Shown in pieces: positions 57,773 to 64,000 of a DNA stretch of 64,000 nt. The notes beneath the pieces were generated by a model. The model was not told where the DNA came from. It made no database searches and worked only from the letters and a program-made list of their open reading frames with translations. The position numbers and the translations under genes were made by a program. Source of the stretch: an uncultured Bacteroidota bacterium (GTDB taxonomy: Bacteria > Bacteroidota > Bacteroidia > Bacteroidales > JAAUTT01); the NCBI GenBank assembly GCA_963846585.1, contig CAWJWO010000013.1, positions 107,801 to 171,800 on the forward strand. The letters are read 5' to 3'. The number at the start of each line of letters is the position of its first letter. Positions within the stretch are counted from its first letter, which is position 1.

Positions 57773-60700
57773 ATGAAGAATACAATTAACAGGTTATTTT
57801 TTATTTTAATTGTAACAAATTTAGTTAATTACAATTCGATGGCACTAATTAATAAGCCATCGAAAAGGAATTGCAGACCGGATACTTCTGGAGTAATTTT
57901 TAACTTGCATTCACATTGGGTTGATTCGGTATTTAATTCTCTCTCAGCAGATCAGCGAATCAGCCAATTATTTATGATAGCTGCATATTCTGACTCTGAT
58001 CAGAAACATGTTGATCGGATTTCAGGGATCATTAAAAACTACCAACCGGGAGGATTGATATTTTTTCAGGGCGGGCCATTAAGGCAGGCCAATCTTACAA
58101 ATTTGTACCAGGGTATTTCAAGAACGCCTTTACTTATTGGTATAGATGGTGAATGGGGCCTTGGAATGAGACTTGACAGTACTATGAGCTTTCCACGCCA
58201 GATGATGTTAGGTGCAATTGAAAATGACAGCCTTATTTATGATATGGGTTTTGAAATAGCAAATCAGTTAAAGGCGCTTGGTATTCATATCAATTTTGCC
58301 CCGGTAGTGGATATAAATAATAATCCTGATAACCCGGTAATTAATAACCGGTCGTTTGGTGAAAACAAATACCAGGTGGCCCGTAAGGGAATTGAGTATA
58401 TGATGGGGATGCAGGCAAACGGGATTATTGCAACTGCCAAACACTTCCCGGGTCACGGGGATACAAATGCTGATTCGCATATAACCCTGCCGGTAATAAA
58501 TTTTGATTATCACCGGCTCGACAGCCTTGAACTGTTCCCTTTCCGTAAATTAATAAATCATGGTGTAGGAGGGGTAATGGTAGCACACTTATTTGTACCT
58601 GCACTGGATTCTGCAAAAAATACCGCATCAGTACTCTCAGAAAAAATAGTGACTGGTTTGCTTAAAGATTCATTACATTTTAAAGGATTAATATTTACCG
58701 ATGCCCTGGGCATGAAAGGTGTTTCTGATTTCTTTCAACCGGGGGAACTGGAAGTTAAGGCACTTGAGGCTGGGAATGATATATTAGTGATGCCGTCGGA
58801 TATCGGAAAAGCTTTAAATTGTATCAGTGAAGCACTATCATGTGGGTTACTTAGACAATCCCGGATAGACAGTTCCTGCCGTAAAGTACTAGCTGCCAAA
58901 GAATGGGCTGGTTTGAAGAAGGTTAATCCTATCGATTTAAGTTCTTTGAAAGTTAAATTAAACAACCCTGTAGCTGGTCTTATACAACGTAAAATTATTG
59001 AATCGGCACTTACCCTGGTTCAGAACCAAAATCACCTTTTACCTTTAAAACGTCTCGATACGCTAAAGATAGGATTGGTACTAATTGGTACAGGTAAGTC
59101 AAACCAATTTAAAGAAACATTATCTCTTTACGATGATATAGACTGTTATTACCTCGACAAACAAGCCGATTCGTGCAGGATTGATAGTTTATTATCTTTT
59201 CTCCGAAGTTATAACCTTATTATTGCCGGTATACATAACACAAGTTCACGGCCAAATAAAAATTTTGGGATTACACCAAACGAAATTTCATTTCTTGAAA
59301 AATTATCCGCCCAAAAACAGGTTATACTCGATTTATTTGCAACACCTTATGCCCTGAATTATTTTAAACAACCTGAATTATTTAAATCTATATTGGTGTC
59401 ATATGAGGACAAGCCTTTAATACAGGATTACTCTGCACAGCTTATTTTTGGTGCAGTGGGAGCTAATGGCACATTACCGGTTAGTACAAGTAAATATTGT
59501 CTTACAACAGGATTGATTACTGAGAAAGGCTTACGGTTAAAATATACAATCCCGGAGGAACTTAACATCGATAGGGGAAAACTTGCACAAATTGATACAA
59601 TTGTAAACCACGCTATAAAAAAAGGGGCCATGCCCGGATGTGTTGTACTGGGAGCTAAGGATGGGGTAGTATTTTACCACAAAGCGTTTGGATTCCATAC
59701 ATACAATACCGATGAACCTGTATTGACCCGGGATATATATGATCTGGCCTCAGTAACGAAAATTGCAGCTACTCTTCCGGTAGTGATGCAGTTGTACGAA
59801 GAAAAAAAAATCAGACTAACTGATAAATTATCTGCCTATCTGCCGGAATTAAAAAAGACAAATAAGAAAAATATACCAATTATTGATATGTTAACTCACC
59901 AGGCACAGCTTCAGCCATATATTCCTTTTTACCGGAGGCTTCTGGAACCGGAAGATCCAAAGGAAAAATTGACGTCAAATGTGTATTCTGAAAAATATTC
60001 CGTAAGGCTGGGGCCACATCTATTTGTAAATAATAATACTAATTACCGTAAAGGGCTTATTTTTTCAAATTTTGATCAAAAACACGGATTAGAGGTTGCA
60101 AACAGTATGTTTTTGTTAAACACATATACCGACTCTATATTTAAAATAAGTAATAATTCACCATTACTGCCGTTGAAGAAGTTTAAATACAGCGACATGG
60201 ATTTTTACTACATGTACTGGATGATTGAAAGGATTACCGGTATCCCTCTAAATGAATACGTCAGGGATAAATTTTACAATAAACTGGGAGCTGCCACAAT
60301 GGGATATTTGCCTTTGGATCGTTTTGACCCTGACAGAATTCCTCCTACTGAAAACGACATGGTATTTCGAAAGCAATTAGTACACGGCTATGTTCATGAT
60401 CCGGGAGCTGCCATGATGGGTGGTGTATGCGGGCATGCCGGTTTATTTTCCAATGCTAACGATCTTGCCAAAATAATGCAAATGTATCTTAACAAAGGCA
60501 TGTATGGTGGTGAACAGTATTTTAAACCTTCCACAGTAGATTATTTCAGTGCGTGCCCTTTTTGCAAAACCAATCGCCGCGGTATTGGGTTTGACCGTCC
60601 TGTAATGAATTCCAATAATGGGCCTACATGCGAGTGTGTAACTGATAAAAGTTTTGGACATACCGGATTTACAGGTATAATGACCTGGGTGGATCCAGAG

Positions 60701-60832
60701 TCAGGACTATTATATGTATTCCTTTCAAACAGGGTTTACCCGAATGCTGATAACAATAAATTAACTGAGTTGAGTGTAAGAACAAGGATACAGGAGGTGA
60801 TTGTAAATAGTTTGAATACGTTTAGTAGGTGA
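57773..60832 (+). CDS. GH3 beta-N-acetylglucosaminidase fused to a beta-lactamase-like serine hydrolase
   Basis: IDGEWG, NFAPVVD, KHFPGHGDTNADSH, FTDALGM; C-terminal LASVTK (SxxK), YSD, VHDPGA, GHAGLF, GHTGFTG. Confidence 0.93.
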   Translation: MKNTINRLFFILIVTNLVNYNSMALINKPSKRNCRPDTSGVIFNLHSHWVDSVFNSLSADQRISQLFMIAAYSDSDQKHVDRISGIIKNYQPGGLIFFQGGPLRQANLTNLYQGISRTPLLIGIDGEWGLGMRLDSTMSFPRQMMLGAIENDSLIYDMGFEIANQLKALGIHINFAPVVDINNNPDNPVINNRSFGENKYQVARKGIEYMMGMQANGIIATAKHFPGHGDTNADSHITLPVINFDYHRLDSLELFPFRKLINHGVGGVMVAHLFVPALDSAKNTASVLSEKIVTGLLKDSLHFKGLIFTDALGMKGVSDFFQPGELEVKALEAGNDILVMPSDIGKALNCISEALSCGLLRQSRIDSSCRKVLAAKEWAGLKKVNPIDLSSLKVKLNNPVAGLIQRKIIESALTLVQNQNHLLPLKRLDTLKIGLVLIGTGKSNQFKETLSLYDDIDCYYLDKQADSCRIDSLLSFLRSYNLIIAGIHNTSSRPNKNFGITPNEISFLEKLSAQKQVILDLFATPYALNYFKQPELFKSILVSYEDKPLIQDYSAQLIFGAVGANGTLPVSTSKYCLTTGLITEKGLRLKYTIPEELNIDRGKLAQIDTIVNHAIKKGAMPGCVVLGAKDGVVFYHKAFGFHTYNTDEPVLTRDIYDLASVTKIAATLPVVMQLYEEKKIRLTDKLSAYLPELKKTNKKNIPIIDMLTHQAQLQPYIPFYRRLLEPEDPKEKLTSNVYSEKYSVRLGPHLFVNNNTNYRKGLIFSNFDQKHGLEVANSMFLLNTYTDSIFKISNNSPLLPLKKFKYSDMDFYYMYWMIERITGIPLNEYVRDKFYNKLGAATMGYLPLDRFDPDRIPPTENDMVFRKQLVHGYVHDPGAAMMGGVCGHAGLFSNANDLAKIMQMYLNKGMYGGEQYFKPSTVDYFSACPFCKTNRRGIGFDRPVMNSNNGPTCECVTDKSFGHTGFTGIMTWVDPESGLLYVFLSNRVYPNADNNKLTELSVRTRIQEVIVNSLNTFSR

Positions 60833-60835
60833 AAA

Positions 60836-60898
60836 TGAGACGTGAGACGTGGGACGTGGGACGTGAAAAGAGACGTGGGACGAGAAAAGGCAGAAGGT
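60836..60898. repeat. GACGTG(A/G) heptamer array after the GH3 stop
   Basis: gagacgt gagacgt gggacgt gggacgt gaaaa gagacgt gggacg. Confidence 0.85.
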
Positions 60899-61019
60899 AA
60901 TACAATGTTTAAAAATATCACTATCTGAATTAAATTTTTATGTAATCCCCAAACAACATTGAATTTATTGGAGATATTAAGTTTATTGCCTAATATTGTC
61001 ACTGTATAAAAACAATAAT

Positions 61020-61299
61020 CTAACAACTAACAACTAACAACTAACAACTAACAACTAACAACTAACAACTAACAACTAACAACTAACAACTAACAACTAA
61101 CAACTAACAACTAACAACTAAAAAACTAACAACTAACAACTAACAACTAACAACTAACAACTAACAACTAACAACTAACAACTAACAACTAACAACTAAC
61201 AACTAACAACTAACAACTAACAACTAACAACTAACAACTAACAACTAACAACTAACAACTAACAACTAACAACTAACAACTAACAACTAACAACTAACA
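61020..61299. repeat. Long TAACAAC tandem array (38 perfect units plus one 8-bp variant)
   Basis: 14 units 61021-61118, TAAAAAAC 61119-61126, 24 units 61127-61294. Confidence 0.97.
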
Positions 61300-61305
61300 T
61301 CTCAT

Positions 61306-62700
61306 ATGACTACAAATATTACTGAAACAGGAAATATTAATAAACCATCCGTCTGGCAGGAATTCTGGTCGAAAGAGGATTGGTGGGCTGTTTGGCTTGG
61401 CCTTGGTATTGTTGTGCTGGCCATTGTTTTTTATTTTGCCGGCTCCGGCATATCCTGGATTGCAGTTTCTCCGGCCAAATGGTCAACGTTGTCACAGCTT
61501 GCAACGCAATTCTCAACGAATGCCATCAGGTATATCGCTTTGCTTGGTGCTTTCCTGATTCTCTTCACCATCGTGGTTTCTTTCATCGGACAAAAGCCCA
61601 GGGCATTTATTCCATCTTTTATTATTGTCTTTATACTTTCGACAATCATATACGCCGCAGGCAACTGGGATCAGGCCAGTCGCTATAATCTGGAACCGCC
61701 GCTGGTGGCTCTCGTTCTTGGACTTATTATTTCAAATGTAACCGGATTTCCCCGTTGGCTCGATGCCGGTTTCAGGGTCGAATTTTATATTAAACTTGGA
61801 ATTGTATTGCTGGGAGCCACTTTGCCTTTCACGTTAATAATCTGGGCAGGGCCGGTTGCAATTTTGCAGGCATCAATTGTTTCAGTAGTTACTTTTTTGG
61901 TCATTTTCTTCATTGCCCGGAAGCTGGGCCTGGACCGACGTTTGGCGGCGGTTATGGGGGCAGGTGGGGCTGTATGTGGCGTTTCAGCGTCGATTGCAGT
62001 TGCCGGCGCGGTCAGGGCTAAAAAGGAGCACCCGCCAATTGCCATAAGCCTGGTCATATTTTGGGCTATTATTCTCATTTTTGCGTTGCCGCTGGTTTCA
62101 CGCACGATGCACCTGCCGACAGGAGTAGGTGGTGCCTGGATTGGGACGTCGGAATTTGCTGATGCTGCCGGCCTCGCTGCCGCGCAATCTTATGGAGGTT
62201 TGGCTGGTCCAGATTCGGGAATATCAGGAACGGCAGACCAGGCACTTGCATCCTATACACTTATTAAAGTTATTGGTCGGGACATTTGGATAGGTATTTG
62301 GGCGTTTGTTCTGGCTCTAATTGCAGTCACTGTTTGGGAACGTTCCGAATCCAACTCAAAAGTTCAGGTCGGCCAGATATGGTGGCGTTTTCCCAAATTC
62401 GTAATTGGGTTCCTCATAGCATCGGTACTAATTACAGTGATTGTCCACGGACATACACTTGGTGATTACAATAAATTGGTAAAACCCTCCCTCATAGCAC
62501 CCATCACTTCGTTGCGAACCTGGGCATTCACCTTTAGTTTCTTAAGTATCGGGCTTACCACAAGGTTCCGCGAATTGGCAAATGCTGGATTCAAACCTTT
62601 TATAGCATTCACAGCCGGGGTTATTGTAAACGTAATATTAGGATATATCCTGTCAGTTATCGTTTTTGGTCATTACTGGTCTACTATTGTGACACATTGA
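61306..62700 (+). CDS. YeiH/UPF0324 (putative sulfate exporter) membrane protein
   Basis: KEDWWAVWLG, EFYIKLGIVLLGA, AVCGVSASIA, GAWIGTS, KVIGRDIWIG, RFPKFVIGF, FLSIGLTT. Confidence 0.88.
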   Translation: MTTNITETGNINKPSVWQEFWSKEDWWAVWLGLGIVVLAIVFYFAGSGISWIAVSPAKWSTLSQLATQFSTNAIRYIALLGAFLILFTIVVSFIGQKPRAFIPSFIIVFILSTIIYAAGNWDQASRYNLEPPLVALVLGLIISNVTGFPRWLDAGFRVEFYIKLGIVLLGATLPFTLIIWAGPVAILQASIVSVVTFLVIFFIARKLGLDRRLAAVMGAGGAVCGVSASIAVAGAVRAKKEHPPIAISLVIFWAIILIFALPLVSRTMHLPTGVGGAWIGTSEFADAAGLAAAQSYGGLAGPDSGISGTADQALASYTLIKVIGRDIWIGIWAFVLALIAVTVWERSESNSKVQVGQIWWRFPKFVIGFLIASVLITVIVHGHTLGDYNKLVKPSLIAPITSLRTWAFTFSFLSIGLTTRFRELANAGFKPFIAFTAGVIVNVILGYILSVIVFGHYWSTIVTH

Positions 62701-62711
62701 AACATTGACGC

Positions 62712-62960
62712 ATGAAATTTTTAGATGCAATTCAACTGAACAGTTCCGGGCCGGTCTGCCAAAAGTGCACATATTTCCAAAACGATCCGGCTCTCATTGA
62801 AGTAGCATATCGAGGACTCAAGGTAATGAGTTCCGGGTATGCCTCAGTGCGTGACCGGGACGGTTTCTGCAATTATAATCAACTTTACCTTTCAGCACGC
62901 GACAGTTGTCGACATCACCTTATTCTTCCCGAAAGTACCCAGGGACTTACGGCACTGTGA
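62712..62960 (+). CDS. Small four-cysteine protein, possible Fe-S or metal binding
   Basis: CQKC..F, GFC and SC spaced like a 4-Cys cluster protein; starts 11 bp after the yeiH-like stop. Confidence 0.6.
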   Translation: MKFLDAIQLNSSGPVCQKCTYFQNDPALIEVAYRGLKVMSSGYASVRDRDGFCNYNQLYLSARDSCRHHLILPESTQGLTAL

Positions 62961-64000
62961 ATTGCAGTTATATTATATTCCATGTCTTCCTCATCTGCCA
63001 TTGCAGCAATTGCACCTGAAATTACAGCTATAACTTCATCTTCATCTTCATCAACCTTTTTGTTATGATTTGAGGTGGTTACGGATGGCCGATCCGCTTC
63101 CTTTGCAGGGAAACCTTCCTTACGCAATTTGAAAAAGTTTTCGGCCACCTGCGGGAGAAGGGCATATGAAAGAATATCTTCATCCTGTACGATGTAATCT
63201 TTAATTTTTGTTCTTATAGATTCAAGTTCAGGATTAATCAAATCAGCGGGACGACATGTAATTGGTGTTTCATCACCAAGTATTTTTTTATAGATTTCCT
63301 CAGAAATGGGGGCAGGTGTTTTGCCATATTCGCCTTTTACCAGTGCTTTTGATTCCTTTGACACCATTTTGTACCGTTCTCCCATAAGAACGTTAAATAC
63401 AGCCTGTGTACCAACAATCTGGCTGGTTGGTGTAACTAAAGGAGGATATCCAAAGTCTTTTCTTACACGCGGCACTTCTTTTAAACATTCTTCAAACTTG
63501 TCCGAAGCATTTTGTTGTTTTAACTGAGAAACCAGATTTGATAGCATACCTCCGGGTACCTGGTATATCAGGGCATTTGCATCAACTCCCAGAACCTTTT
63601 GTTCCAAAAGTCCGCTCTTTATATATTGCTCGCGCAACGGCCTGAAGTATTCGGCTATTTCACTTAACAAAGGAAGGCTTAACCCTGTATCATAGGAAGT
63701 ACCCTGAAGTGAAGCCACTAATGATTCGGTTGGAGGTTGAGATGTACCCATCGACATTGGAGATATGGCACAATCAACAATGTCGATGCCGGCTTCAATG
63801 GCCTTTAAATATGTCATAGAAGCAACCCCGCTGGTATAATGAGAATGAAGGGCTAACGGGATGTTAACTGCTGCCCGGATGGCTTTTATCAGATTATAAG
63901 CATCATAAGGGAGAAGGAGGCCTGCCATATCTTTGATACAAATAGAATCGGCTCCCATCGATTCAAGTTGTCTGGCATCCCTGACAAATTGTTCAGGAGT
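62915..64000 (-). CDS. oadA: Oxaloacetate decarboxylase alpha / pyruvate carboxyltransferase family subunit, 5'-truncated by window edge
   Basis: ICIKDMAGLL, LHSHYTSG, QVPGGMLSNL, GYPPLVTPTSQIVGTQA, GEYGKTP; no biotinyl (AMKM) domain at the C-terminus. Confidence 0.8.
   Translation of the reverse strand, partial: TPEQFVRDARQLESMGADSICIKDMAGLLLPYDAYNLIKAIRAAVNIPLALHSHYTSGVASMTYLKAIEAGIDIVDCAISPMSMGTSQPPTESLVASLQGTSYDTGLSLPLLSEIAEYFRPLREQYIKSGLLEQKVLGVDANALIYQVPGGMLSNLVSQLKQQNASDKFEECLKEVPRVRKDFGYPPLVTPTSQIVGTQAVFNVLMGERYKMVSKESKALVKGEYGKTPAPISEEIYKKILGDETPITCRPADLINPELESIRTKIKDYIVQDEDILSYALLPQVAENFFKLRKEGFPAKEADRPSVTTSNHNKKVDEDEDEVIAVISGAIAAMADEEDMEYNITAIHSAVSPWVLSGRIR

Noticed and set aside
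59700-60832. Antibiotic-resistance beta-lactamase
   Set aside because: The SxxK domain is fused to a NagZ-like GH3, a common Bacteroidota architecture better explained by cell-wall or glycan turnover.
61020-61299. CRISPR array
   Set aside because: Contiguous 7-bp units with no spacers and no cas genes; the same applies to all other arrays.

Overview
AT-rich chromosomal window from a Bacteroidota (Bacteroidales-like) bacterium, judged from gene content and TAnnTTTG promoter boxes. It holds about 44 genes: the 3' part of purL, a GH2 beta-mannosidase, a dinB-dnaE mutagenesis cassette with a divergent LexA-like (XRE+S24) repressor, a RelE/ParE toxin-antitoxin pair, CE2/GH43/GH92 carbohydrate enzymes, several small accessory genes, a T9SS plug-like gene, rsmE, a 1524-aa beta-rich protein, a hybrid kinase, a heterodimeric ABC exporter, speA, a PorE-like OmpA protein, Hpt and STAS genes, an nrfD-cytochrome c-sco-coxACDB cluster (A2-type heme-copper oxidase), a transglycosylase, a GH3/beta-lactamase fusion, a YeiH-like transporter and the 3' part of a pyruvate-carboxyltransferase-family gene. 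I saw no rRNA, tRNA, CRISPR array, transposase or integrase. The most unusual signal is non-coding. About 20 intergenic regions are filled with composite arrays of short tandem repeats (mostly 7-mers, also 8-, 9- and 10-mers) from at least 10 unit families. Most families show a fixed polarity, with one form on the left of the spacer and its reverse complement on the right, and they nest like onion layers. They abut or overwrite start and stop codons, supply the N-terminus of a lipoprotein signal peptide, and recur as whole composites (one 144-bp block is present twice, inverted, 25 kb apart, 137/144 identical). The mechanism cannot be determined from this window. All counts were made by eye.
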